From: Azolla caroliniana
Lineage: Eukaryota > Plantae > Polypodiophyta
DNA: 64,000 bases
Assembly (NCBI GenBank): GCA_043228905.1
Contig: JBHGNT010000001.1
Location: forward strand, 28,272,001-28,336,000
Direction of reading: 5' to 3'
This document shows positions 22,401 through 34,912 of the stretch, in pieces; position 1 is the stretch's first letter, and the number at the start of each line of letters is the position of its first letter. Made by a program: the position numbers and the translations under genes. The notes under the pieces are model-generated. The model searched no databases and was not told the DNA's origin. It worked only from the letters and a program-made list of their open reading frames with translations.

Positions 22401-24180
22401 GTAAACAACCCCAATCCAAGATAGTAGAGCTGTTTAAGTAAGCGGGGGGCATTCCAGGTGATTTCGCATGTACGAGCTCTTCTTGAAAGGGCATTGTTTT
22501 TGGATCCAAATTTTGTAGAGCTTTCATCACTGGCGCATAGGCTCTATAATAAGCTGGAGATTCCGCTACTACTAGACTTTCAGCATGTAGGATGCGAGCC
22601 CATGATCCCAAGCTTTGTGACTCATTATTGCCGGAAATGGTGGGAGAGGAATCCAACACATCTATGAACAGGATCATTTGCTTGTTGGAGTCTTGTTCGC
22701 ATGTTTCAGCCGTACCCCAAATAGGGTTAAGGAAGCTTCCACCAAAGTCACATATACACAAGAGGCTTCCAGGGAGGGGAGCTTTTGGGGATTTCTTGTT
22801 TGCTTTCTTTTGGTTAAGTAAGAGCCCAAAAGTAATCCCCGGCAATGTCTTACCAAAATGTACTCCGATCACTGAGACACCGGACCATACGACCATATCT
22901 CTATCGTTTAGCTTACCATTGACAAAATCCGATATACCTTTCTTTAGTGCTGCAAAAGCATCCTCCTTTAGAAGCCGAAAATATGTCTCGATGTAATCCT
23001 CTGTTCTCTCGTAGCCCCCCCTGAGCTTTGCAACTGGTAGCCTCACGTTAGGAGACAAAACAGATGCCATCTCGGACATTAATGGAACCAAAGGAGACTT
23101 GTTCCAAGTGATGAGACTGGGATCATCCGTCTCAGCTCTTTTGGAGTCGGCCAAAACACCAATAACTTGCAGTGCAACAGAGGAGTTGTTTGCGTTATGA
23201 TCTCCACCAATAACTAATTGTGCGGTTTCTAGCTTTTGGATAACATCGAACAGATACGGCAACTCTTGGGGAAGCACTTTGAGTGTGGCTAGCACAAACT
23301 CTTTGATGGATTGGATGAGGGAATGGAGAGGTTTTCCCCACGTGAACTCTACCTTGGATCTCTTGTCTGCGATGTGGTGGCTCTGGAAAAGCTCCTCCAG
23401 GAACCCAAACTTCCCTGGTGGGGTGGAATGAGGAGGTTCAATGTCTGTCAGAACATTACATATGCTAGACAAGAAGACACTGGGGCTCCGAGTGAAAATG
23501 GATACAAATTCCTTCACTTTGGGAGAGGAATGCAAAGAGCTCCGTGCTCTTGTGCAAGGCTCCAAGATAGAGATTGCGATCTCGAGCAGCAGCAGAGTAT
23601 GGTGGAGGTGATAGGAAGGGTGAGCAAGGAGGAGGAGGAGGGGTTCAGGCGCCAGAGTGAGTTCTCGCAGGACCATTGCCTTCCGATCTTCTTCTTGGTT
23701 CAGGCACAGGGAGAGGAGGCGTTGAAGGTAGTCGGACATATCAGCGGCGCTTCTGGAGGAGCAGGCGACAAGGCGGGTGTATTGAGCTCGTGATTTCCCA
23801 GGGATCCTGCCGCCGCCGGCATCTGGCATGAATTGGAGGGTATCTCCGACTCGAAGGGTGATGAGGCCCGTGTGGCAGCTACTACTACTGTCCATGTCCA
23901 GATCAAGGGGAGGCAATCGGAAGTATATGTGGCTGTTATTGTTCTTGTTGTCTGTGTTGTTCTCATCATTCTTGCTGCTGCTGCTTGGATGAGATGCTTT
24001 GTCAGGGGTTTCGGTTGAGGGTGACAGTAGTCGTAAGAAGCCATAGCCATCGTCTGGGTTGAGGTGGCTTATTTGTCCTCTCTGCAGTGGTGATGGTGCT
24101 GGTAATGGCGATGGCGATGGCGATGGCGATGGCGATGGCGATGGCGGTGCAGGATTCCTCCTCCGCGCATTCTTACTCAT
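16424..24180 (-). CDS. ZNFX1-like SF1 (Upf1-family) RNA helicase with N-terminal cold-shock domain, NF-X1 zinc fingers and two C-terminal PARP-like ADP-ribosyltransferase domains; 11 exons, 1823 aa
   Basis: Exons 24180-22227, 21468-20720, 20640-20407, 20074-19890, 19793-19451, 19311-19231, 19096-18266, 18179-17937, 17556-17453, 17349-16995, 16816-16424. All introns GT-AG, phases consistent, total 5472 nt. Motifs: YFRLLKED, ESPAYY, QGPPGTGKS, TYKNLALD, GMTTTGAA, ILVDESGE, LVGDHKQLRP, SMLERL, QSRMR, YNGQ, IDRFQGSE, VAVSRAR; Cys/His fingers; FHGT..GCYFA..YDEFIVY and FHGT..GVYVA..KDIFVL..QLLPCYIV. Confidence 0.9.
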
Positions 24181-24270
24181 TCTTCAGAGTCCAGACTTAC
24201 GTACCGTACGGATGAAGAAGAAGAAGAAGAAGAAGACACAGGAGATGAAGAAGCAAAGTAGCAGGAGGTA

Positions 24271-24302
<32 letters not shown>

Positions 24303-26134
24303 CATACATACATATATACCAAACCACATGGCATATATGTACTTTATATTTTCTTATCAACTAACTGATTTTTATTTTATTTGTTTTTTTCAAATATTCG
24401 CTACATTGGAATTATTAATAAATAGAGTGTAAAATGAACAAGATACGTATCCATACATACATACGTACATACATATACCAACATAACACCCAACTGTCTA
24501 ATCAATGCTTTATCTTGTTTTCTCTTCTTTCTTTATACATAGACATAATTGAAAAGTCAAGGTTGCTTGCATTCTCTTCTCTCCCTCCTACATTTATGTA
24601 TGTATGTATGTATGTATGTATGTATGTATGTACACCATATGTACATACATATACCACTTGGACTTGGGCAACATTAAAAGACATGCTACTATGACCCTAT
24701 CTATCTATGTATCTATCACATGGTCTACCCCAATCCCAACATCCCACTATTCTGATCTAGTGCGCATGTAGCATACAGTGAAAAGAGAGGGGGCATATTT
24801 TGTGGATGGATTCACACTTTATTCTGCGACCGCACTAATTCATCGCCTCATTACACCCAAACTCATATACATGACCTCAAATATACTTTATCGTACGATA
24901 AAACCACTCTACAAATTGGATACCTTTGTTTTATGCACAAGCACAATCACGATTTATTAGCCAATTGAAAGGTAGTTTGCTTTGACGGTTTTCAAATTTG
25001 GAAAATTCGAGGTTATTCTCATACACAGGAGGAAGTTCAAACATGTGTTTTGGTTTGTTACCATATTCAAATAACGTAGGTGTGGCATGAGCACATATTG
25101 ATCCTTACAATCGCTTGGTATTGAAATCATTGTAGTTTACTATCCATAATTAATTAATATAATAGAGGGTCCTTTTCTCACACTACAAAATGCGAGACCC
25201 ATGTGGTTGTTCCCACCTACAATTACATAACTAGGTAATTGAGTGCTCTATCCTTTAGGGATAGGGACCCATGGAAGAGTGGAACATATCAAGGAAAGCT
25301 TAGGTCGACAGTCTTGTAACAACTGTTTATCACTACATAATGAAAGAATATTTTTTGAGGAAAAAATTTAATTAGTTAATTAAGACAATAGATCAAATAT
25401 TACTATTATAGTCTTCGAAGGTCATATGTCATGTTAAACAAAAATAATAATGTTTCCATGTTGTATATGCAAAAGTGAGTAGTGACTCTCGTTGTTTAAG
25501 AATTTTATTGATGAATATTGCAACTATGTGTCAATAGTGTGATTGTGTAAGAAATTTGTAGTTGGTTTGAAGATGTATAGAGATCGTTGTTGAATGTGAT
25601 CAAACGTAGAGCATTTGTATTGAATAACCCATTTGTCTCACCACTTTGTGCCCTAACATTTTGTCTTGCATTGAAACGTTTGTGAACTAAGTAACATGGA
25701 AGCAATGGTTTGGATGGAGGATGGCGAGATGGGTTGGTTTCCTCATTCGGTGATGGTTTTGTAGTTAAGTGCATCATTTGCAACATATTGTGTGGAGTGT
25801 GAGCCTCCACGTGTCATGATACATTGGTGTTGCAAAATGGCTTCATTCACTAGAGGAATGTTCTAATGCATCAAGAAGCAAGTGTGTTGCATCCCATATT
25901 CCAAACCTTTTTTGTGTGTGTCATATCTTACATTCGGCCAAGATACAAAGTTTGGTGTTTTATGTGTCTTGTGGATATGCTTACTTGTATCCCAGTGAGT
26001 CTATGAAGCCAATGTGAGGGATCTTTTTGAACCATAAGCATTTGGTCTCACACAAGATATTCCATGTCGATCGATGATCGCAATGGGGAGGGATCCCATT
26101 GAGATAGATAAATAGATAGTTATATTTGTAATTA

Positions 26135-26569
26135 AACAATTAGCTACGATTCGGTTTGGTTCGAGAGTGTCAAAACCAAACCGTTTTAATTTTTTGAAAC
26201 TTGAACTGAACTAAACCACGAAACCATTTAAACCGAATATGTTCAAATCGAACCGTTAGAAAAAAATCCAAACCATTAAAACCGCCGATTCGGTTTTCAA
26301 ACGTAAGTCAAAATTCAAAATTTAAAATTTTTAAAATTTTTTTTATTTCAAAATTTGGAGATTTTTCCTAAAGTGTGAGAATTAGGCTTAAAAATGAAAA
26401 GGTTCTTTACAAAAAAAAACCCATCAAACCGTTTTTACCGAGCGGAACCGTTCACACCCAAACCGAACCATTAAAAAAAACTCGAACTTGAATTGAACAG
26501 AACCATTTAAACCGTTAAGTTTCGGTTTCGCGGTTCAATTTGGTTCAAACTGAAGTGTTGCCGATTGTT
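26135..26569. mobile_element. MITE-like non-autonomous DNA transposon rich in AAACCG/CGGTTT motifs (hAT-type)
   Basis: Imperfect terminal inverted repeats (aacaattagctac / reverse complement aacaatcggcaac) and many AAACCG, AACCGA and CGGTTT subterminal motifs in both orientations. Confidence 0.55.
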
Positions 26570-26570
26570 A

Positions 26571-26632
26571 ATTGTAATGTCCATGGGAGACTGATTGTAA
26601 TGTCCATGAGAGACTGATTGTAATCTATGAGA
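26571..26632. repeat. About 3 x 23-bp tandem repeat attgtaatgtccatg[g/a]gagactg
   Basis: Directly visible. Confidence 0.75.
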
Positions 26633-26754
26633 CGGGGACTGCTGGCCCATAGTAACGTGATCGAACTTGGGCGGTTTCTTATTTTATGGCTTTGATGGTA
26701 AGAGCGCAATGATCTTTGAGAAACAAAAAGTATAATTGTGTGTTTTCATGAACA

Positions 26755-26801
<47 letters not shown>

Positions 26802-26886
26802 TATAGACATCAAGGAAGGAACACAATTAATTGCTAATCAATTGTTGTAGGATTTTTAACCCATAGGAAATAACTACTAACTTCAA

Positions 26887-29130
26887 ATGTTTGTGAAAGG
26901 GAGATTAGGAGTCACACAAAATAGAGACATGGAGGTCTTTAGAGAAGATGTTGTCACAGGCCACAGAACCTCATCATCCTATGACTGTCAGATCATCAAG
27001 GTAGAATCTTCTATGCAAGAAGGATGGAAACATCAATCGACAGTTTTTTTTTTCTTCGTCTTTCTCCTCAACTGGAGCACTGTCTTAAAGTATTCCTAAT
27101 TTTTGTTTTGTTTTGTTTCTTCTTCATAGGAATGCCAGATTAGATCCCCTGATTTCAGATACAACAACAAACCCACACAATCTCCTGCTCTGAGGAATAA
27201 CCCATTTTGGGCCCAAGAACCAAAGCTTGGAGATCTTGCCTATCTTCTAGATTCCATAAAAGCATGTGGAAAACACAAAGATATCTGTAGAGGTAGCTGG
27301 ATACATGATTATATCCTCAAAACAGGGTTGCTTCAGAAACACATATACATTAACAATGCTTTGATTAGCATGTATGTGAAATGTGGCGCACTTAAGAAAG
27401 CACAAGAGGTTTTCAATGACCTTCTTGTTCGGAATGATGTCTCGTGGAATGTCCTCATCGCTGCGTATGTCCACTGTAGCCTCAATCATCAAGCTTTAGA
27501 ATTGTTTGGAAGAATGCAAGAAGAAGGTTTCTTTCCTGATGCTATCACTTTCACTTGCATCTTGAAAGCTTGCGGCAACCTGAAGTTAGCTACGATGGGT
27601 CAAAGCATACATGTAAAGGTGTACACACAAGGGTTGTTGCGAAAGAATGTTGTGCTTGGCACTGCACTAGTTGGCATGTATGCTAAGTGTGGAATGCTCA
27701 TAAAAGCTCAAAAAGTGTTCGATAAGCTTCCTGCCCGAGATGTTGTATCATGGAATGCACTGATTGACGGGTATGTTCAAAAAGGTCTTATTGATGAAGC
27801 TATAATTTGTCTCAAACATATGCAAGAAGATGGAATTGCCCCTGATTCAGTTTCTTTTGCTTGTATCTTGAAAGGATGTAGTGCCATGAAGGGTGAAGAG
27901 ATCCATGCCAAAGCTTGTAAAGAACGGTTGTTAGGAAAAGATCCTTTGCTAGGAAATGCAATTATCGACATGTATGTGAGATGTGGTAGACTTTTGAAAG
28001 CACGAGAAGTGTTCGATGAGATTCCGGTTCGAAATGCTATTTCCTGGAATGTGCTTATTGATGGGTATGTGCAACATGGACATAATGCCGAAGCTATGAT
28101 TTGCTGTAATGAAATGCAAGAGAATGGTCTCTTGCCAGATGCGATTACATTTTCTTGCATTCTGAAAGCTTGTGGAAGCTTAGGATTAGCTGGAAAGGGT
28201 GAAGAGATACATGCTGAGATTAACAAGCAAGGGTTATTGAAGGACAATATGATGCTGGGTACTTCATTGGTGGACATGTATGCTAAATGTGGTATGCTTG
28301 GAAAAGCAAAGGAAGTATTCGATAAGCTTCCAAAAAGGGATGTGATCTCATGGACTGCGCTTATTTCAGGTTATTCTCAACAAGGCCTTGGTCATGAAGC
28401 ATTGCATTTTTTCCAAAGAATGCAAGATGAAGGGATTTCTCCAGATGCCATAACTTTTACTTGCATTTTGGAAGCTTGCGGAAGCATAGGATCAATAGAT
28501 ATTGGAGAAGAGGTACATGTCGAGATCCAAAAACAAGGGTTATTGTCCAAAAATATGGTTCTATGCACTGCTTTGGTGGATATGTATGCCAAATGTGGAG
28601 CTCTTACAAAAGCACAAGAAGTGTTCGATGAGATTCTAACTCATGATGTTGTGTCGTGGAATGCAATCATCTCGGGATATGCTCAATTAGGTAAGGTCAA
28701 AGAAGTTATCTCTTTATTCAATCGTATGGTTGCTGAGGGTATAACAGTGAATTCAATCACATTTGCGGCATTGTTGACGATGTGCAATCATGCTGGCCTT
28801 GTGGTGGAAGGGGAATTGTACCTTGATATGATAAACTCGTTATATTTCATCCAGCCAACTTTAGAACTCTACATTTGCATTGTCGATCTTTTTTGCCGTT
28901 CCGGAAACTTTGGCAAAGCGATGGTTATTATTGAAATGGTGCCAAATTTGTCTCGTCGTCGAATGTGGGTGGCTTTCTTGGTTGCTTGTAGGACCTGGGC
29001 AAATGTGGAGCTTGGGGAAATGGCATTCGAGCATTTAGTTCGATTGGATGAGGGATATTCTGGTGGGTATGTATGCATGAGTAATATATATGCTGCTGCC
29101 AGCATGCAAGAATCAGACTATTGTGAGTAA
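26887..29130 (+). CDS. PLS-class pentatricopeptide repeat protein ending in E motifs (no DYW); putative organellar RNA-editing factor
   Basis: Repeating P-L-S triplets (DVVSWNALI.GY / PDAITF.CILKACG / LGTALVDMYAKCG), then Y.CIVDLFCRSG, W.AFLVACR.W.N.ELG and YVCMSNIYA. The frame is open from 27130. Proposed short first exon 26887-27000 with a GT-AG intron 27001-27129 (start less certain). Confidence 0.9.
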
Positions 29131-30470
29131 ATATTAAGTGCCAAATCCAAGAATAGCAACATTAAGGTGGATGGAGTGGCCTTGTAAGCCATAGGTCATG
29201 AATTCAACTTCCTGTGCTCGATATTGGCAATGATGGTTCCCTTTCAAGTGTAAGGTAAAAAATTGAAATGTTGCCTAGGTTCATTTATGACAATATGGTT
29301 GATCACCTCGCTACGGATGTCTTTTGAATGTGGATACCAATTGAAAAATGCAAAAAGAACTTTGGGGTGTATCAGCATTAACTGGAAAATTTCTTCTGTT
29401 GAACAAGATTCTATCCATGTAACTCTTGTTGTTGCTCCATTGGATAATGGTAGTGCCTCATTAGTTGAGGTTCTGATGCACCACATTCTCAATCTCTTGG
29501 GGAAAGATATTTTTCCAATTTATTCTGCGCTACAATGGTGCAACTCAAAAGAAGATCAACAGTTTATACTTGAAATTGACACTCTTCTCTCTGCGAGGAG
29601 CTACCACAGTCACACTGCTGCATGCCCAAGGTAACTTGCTGCCAAGTACGCTGCTTCGGTTGAAAAAAACAATATTTGCAGGTAGACTGTTTGTCCCATG
29701 GATCACTGGTCCAATCAGAATCACACTATGACAAAACTTAGTCCATTGGGGAAACATGTTGCTGCCTTGCCAATGGCTGTTTTCAAGGTCTACTGTAATG
29801 ATTGAACGCCCCCATCACTAGGTTAAGTTTGGTCTTGTCTGCGCATATATTCTAACCATAATTTGATATATATTAGCAATCTTCATATAAAACTTGAGCT
29901 ACTATGATGGTGATATCTTTTGAATAAGCTATTGGGAAAGTATGACAACATGACCTAGTGTGAATGTATATCTCTTGGGTGTGACAGTGTGTACATTGCA
30001 AAAACATCTCGAGTGTATGTATATGATTCAAATGTAGCACACACACACACACACACACCCAAAGGTGTATATATATTATCTAGCATATATGACTCGATTG
30101 GCTAAGAATTGCAAAGACATTCGTATTGTTGAATCACTGAGACTAAAGTTGTTGGCAGTGGTCATTGAACAGTTCCAACTTGGTAGAACCCTAAGTCATG
30201 ATATGCCACTCAACATTTCTCCACACAATTCATTGTTGTACCAAAAACCCTATGTTATATAGTTCTCCCAATAATGTACCAAAAGCTCTACGTTACATAG
30301 TCCTCGTCCAATCTGTGAAAGTTGTTTACTATAAAATCAGGTTAACTCTTTAAAATATATTCTCCATATTGTTGCAAGAAATCTTCATTTAGGTAAAAGC
30401 CAACAATATCGTCCTCCACTAGACTGATAAGGTGATGAATGATGCAATAACATTTCTGAGAACCGACTAT

Positions 30471-30768
30471 TCTGTATGACCATATTCCAGTAGGATTCAT
30501 GGTTTGTTTCCATTACATATTGAAATAGCTTTCAAAAGCAAGCAGAGGCCATTAGATTTGACCCATGTCATAGGTTTTCTACCCTAATTGTCATTTCTTT
30601 ATGTGCCGTATGTCCTTATCTGTATGACCATATTCCAGTAGGATTCATGGTTTGTTTCCATTACATATTGAAATAGCTTTCAAAAGCAAGCAGAGGCCAT
30701 TAGATTTGACCCATGTCATAGGTTTTCTACCCTAATTGTCATTTCTTTATGTGCCGTATGTCCTTATC
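30471..30768. repeat. Exact-looking tandem duplication, 2 x 148 bp
   Basis: tctgtatgaccatattcc...gtatgtccttatc at 30471 and again at 30619. Confidence 0.9.
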
Positions 30769-33052
30769 AATCATATACCTTTTACTCCCATTCTCTGGTA
30801 TCACATTAACTCTATCACTGTCTACCAAGCTTTGAAGATTCGAAAATTTCACCTACATCAGATTCGCTATAAAAAAAACTAACTTTTTTGTTGTGCCATA
30901 CTTATATGAATAATCTCTTTCTTCCACCTTTTTAAGCTCTCTAATCTCTCTTAACTAATTAAGCTTCACATCAGCATAGACTTTCTTATGATCAATAATC
31001 AAAACCCCTGTAACAATACATTTATCCTCTGGTTAGTTTCCATGAAACCAGCTTACATCCTGGCGCCAATTACTTTAATTGTTTTCCCTAAATCCTCCTT
31101 AACTAGCTAAAGCAGACTCCAATCATCTTCCCTAATCTCCTCCAATCAAATGTAATCCTTTATTTAACAAGGATTACCTTCCATTTTCTTCACCATTCTT
31201 GCCATTTCAAATATTCATAGCTAATCTTTAATTTATTTAGGCACTCACAGTGACAATACCAAATGATAGTGTACATATTGTGTAGCACAATGGATGAAAA
31301 TGGAGATTGGGATCCCCATTAATTCAAGGGTCCGCGTGCAACCATACTTGGAACAAAAATGTGGTGTTTTTAATTCTCCTAGGGCTTCCTATTTTTTAAT
31401 GGGGGGTAAATTTGAGTTGTTAATGTGTTGACAATGTAGGACAAATGCAACAAAAATAGATACAACCATTATTCGTAGATGTGGGTTCTTCATATGTGTT
31501 CACAATGTAGCACAAATGCAACAAAAATAGATACAAGTTTACAACCATTATCTGTAGATGTGAGCCCCTTATAACGTGCCTTGGGTTTACATAATATAGG
31601 GGATTTGTATACCCTGACATCTGTTGGCCCTTGTCATCACATGCATAGATGATATAAGTATGGGGGAGACGCCTTTACTTTGTTGCTTGTTGGACATATT
31701 ATCATTTAGGACATGACCACCTTGCAGAAAAGTCTATGATAGTTGCAAGGTCTTGTTTGGTAGTAACTAGGTGAACCAATAGTTATCCCATAGTTAATCA
31801 TTGTTATTACTTAGTCAACTATTAGAGAAATAGTGTGTATTTAGTAGATAGAGATCCAAGACGTGTTAAGATTCTACGCTATCACTAGGGAGCATTCTTT
31901 ATTTTAATGCTCAAGGTTATCCTCTCATTGTCATCATGAGTGACTGGCTCAACAAACCTACAAAAATATCAACATTCTAAGGAAAGCCCTTACACCCATC
32001 ATAACACCAAGAGTCTACACTCTAAAGTTTAAACTTTAATGTTTAGATGCTCTAAATTTATCTTTTGCCGTCTACATATTTTGGCACGTTTGTTTACAGA
32101 GAAAACAAAATCTATGCAAGGGGCGAAACATACAAATAATATCTCAAACACATTTGTTATATTCCAATCACAAACATTTGATACATATGTATTTCTTGGT
32201 GATGTGATGTTTTGAAACCTCACTATATATATATATGGAAATGGGTAAATATATAGCCACATTAGTCATCAATTCAATTACAGTATTGCTTCTTCATTCT
32301 TTTTATGTAGCGAACTGAAATCTCATAGACTCACATAATAGAAGACAATGTTTGTTTGCTTGTGTGCCTATTGTCTTAGACTCACGTAATATGTACATAT
32401 TTTATTTCTTTATATATTTCATTTTTTCCTTCTATATGTCTAAAAGAGAATTTTGAGATGAGAAAGCTCTCACATTACTTGATTTTGAGTTTAAGATGTT
32501 GTTTTTGCATACATATACATACATAATGTGTTAGAGCCTAACTAATTATGTAAGCAAAACATAAGGATTTATGGACTAAAGAAAGGAAAGAGGGTTGCCA
32601 AACCACCTTACCATCCCTTAGGGATGGCATGAGACCTCGTTGATGTCTTATATCATTGATGGTTGATGCAAGTTGTACCTTGGATACTGCAAGGATTGCA
32701 CATGCTTAGCTAAGAGGAGGCTTGACTTATGTTAAGACTATGTCAGTGTTAAGACTCGCTCACAGTTTATACACACACACACTCACAGGTTTGGTATGGA
32801 AAGGGAGAAGAGAAGAGAAGAGAAGTAACTGCTCGCTCGCTCGCTCGCTTGCTCCTCCCTCACTCCCTCACTCCATCCCCCCATATTATGCAATTCTCTC
32901 TCTCTCTCTCTCTGGCAAATGTAGCAGAGAGCAGACAGGAGGCAGAGAATTTGCACTTTCGCCCCTCTACTACATATTCAAAATGAGATTTGTCCCTTCT
33001 AATTGAAGCTCCCTTATTTTTGGCACCCACTGGTCTTCCTTTTTTGGGGGGG

Positions 33053-34912
33053 ATGGAATCTGGCTATTATTCCAAAGAAGCTATGATCGAAGCTCTCAAA
33101 GCCGAATATGTTAAAAAAGGTGTTGTTTTAACAACAAAAAGATCTGCTTATAACAGAGTTGAGTTGAAGTGTGATTTGGGTGGAGAACCAAAGGTCAAGG
33201 AGACTAGCGATGGCGATCAAAAAAGGAAAAAGGGATCCAGGTTAACATGTTGCACATTTGAAATCATTTGTGGGTGCAAAAAAGGCGTTTGGTATGTTAA
33301 AAAGATTTCGGGTGATCACAACCATGAAATACCTTATAGTTTGATTGACCATTCGAAATATAGGAAATTAGATGGTGAAAGTAAGATAAAAGTTCAATCG
33401 ATGTACGTATCTAATGTTGAACTGAAGGAGATACTTAGTACTTTGAAAAAAGAGTCCCAAAGTAATGCTTCAATCCAAGAAGTATACAATGCCGTAAAGG
33501 GTGTTAAAAGAGATTTTTTAGAGGGCAGATCTCCATTGGAAACATTGTCAGATATTATCACGTCCCCAGAATACACTAGTAAACTGCACCTGGATGACGA
33601 CGGTAGAGTTAATGGATTCTTTTTGGCGTTCAATGAAGTTGTAAAGCTTGCTAAAAGATTTGATGGGGTTTTCTTGTTGGATTGCACATACAAGACTAAC
33701 AAATTCGGCATGCCCTTACTAAATTTCGTGGGAATTGCGTGTACGAATCAAACGTTCAATGTTGATGTTGCATTTCTTCCTGATGAGCAGGAAGAATCAT
33801 ACAAATGGGCGTTAAGGGATTTTAGCTCAATTGTCAGTCCAAGAGTAATAGCAACTGACCGAGAACTGACACTAATGAATGCTATTGCGGTGACATTCCC
33901 TATGTGTAAAAATGTCCTCTGCATATGGCACATTAACAAAAACGTTGGTTCCAAATGTAAAGGATTTTTCAAGAAAGAAGACGAATGGAAAATATTTCTA
34001 CAAAGATGGAAGGAATTGGTTTATTCATCAACTGTGAACGAATTCAATCAAAATATGAATGATTTTTCGATATACAAGATCACAAATCCAGACGAATATG
34101 AGTATATACTTCAAACGTGGTTACCTTGGAAAGAAAGGTTTGTAACCTGTTATGTAAAGGATATACGTCATTTTAATTCAGTCACTACATCTCATGCTGA
34201 AGGTAGTCATTGGGTCTTAAAAAGGTACATAAAAAATGGGAAACGAAATTCACTGGAAGTGATAAAGAATCTCAATTTGCTTTGGAAAAATCAGACTGTC
34301 AAGATTTTAAAAGAAATTGAACGTAAAAAACTGATTGTCTGTGATAGACACAAATTTGGGTTGTTAAAACCACTGCAAAAGAAGTTGTCTTTGTTTGCAT
34401 TGTATGAAATACTTAAACAGTACAAGAAATCATTGAATGAAGAGGAAATAAAAAATGTTTGAACCCAAAGCGTCACTAGTACATTGGGATTACCTTGCAA
34501 ACACATAATAAGGGAGCTGGTCGAAGAAGGTCAAGTACTAACTGATGCATATATTGACTCTCAATGGCTCTTAGAGTTGAATGCATCTTCTAGAGCCATT
34601 ACCAATGTTACTTTGAGTCAAAATATTTCACCAAGAAAAAATCTTATTGAGAGATTACATAATGAGTTGTACAACAATCCTCAGACTCATTCGCCATCAT
34701 TTATTGATCGTATTCAAAGTGTTTTGGATGATCCAACCAAAGAAATTCAGGATATTCAACCTCTTCAACGCAAAAAAGGAAGACCAGTGGGTGCCAAAAA
34801 TAAGGGAGCTTCAATTAGAAGGGACAAATCTCATTTTGAATATGTAGAGGGGCGAAAGTGCTCAAATTGTGGAGAGCCTGGACACAATGCTAGAACATGC
34901 TACAAATCTTAA
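33053..34912 (+). mobile_element. Mutator-like (MULE) transposase with a single in-frame TGA at 34460-34462
   Basis: FAR1-like DNA-binding region (CDLGG..TCCTF..HNH), MULE core LLDCTYKTNKFGMPL, TDRELTLMNAI, LCIWHI, TTSHAEGSH, SWIM-like *TQSVTSTLGLPCKH, C-terminal knuckle CSNCGEPGHNARTC. Both ORFs are in the same frame. TIRs not identified. Confidence 0.9.

Noticed and set aside
19394-24180. Calling the helicase UPF1, SDE3/MOV10 or senataxin
   Set aside because: No UPF1 CH domain; pre-helicase motifs, GMTTTGAA and downstream NF-X1 fingers fit ZNFX1 better.
30780-31260. Purine-rich minus-strand stretch that might be a decayed coding region
   Set aside because: No open frame or identifiable motif.
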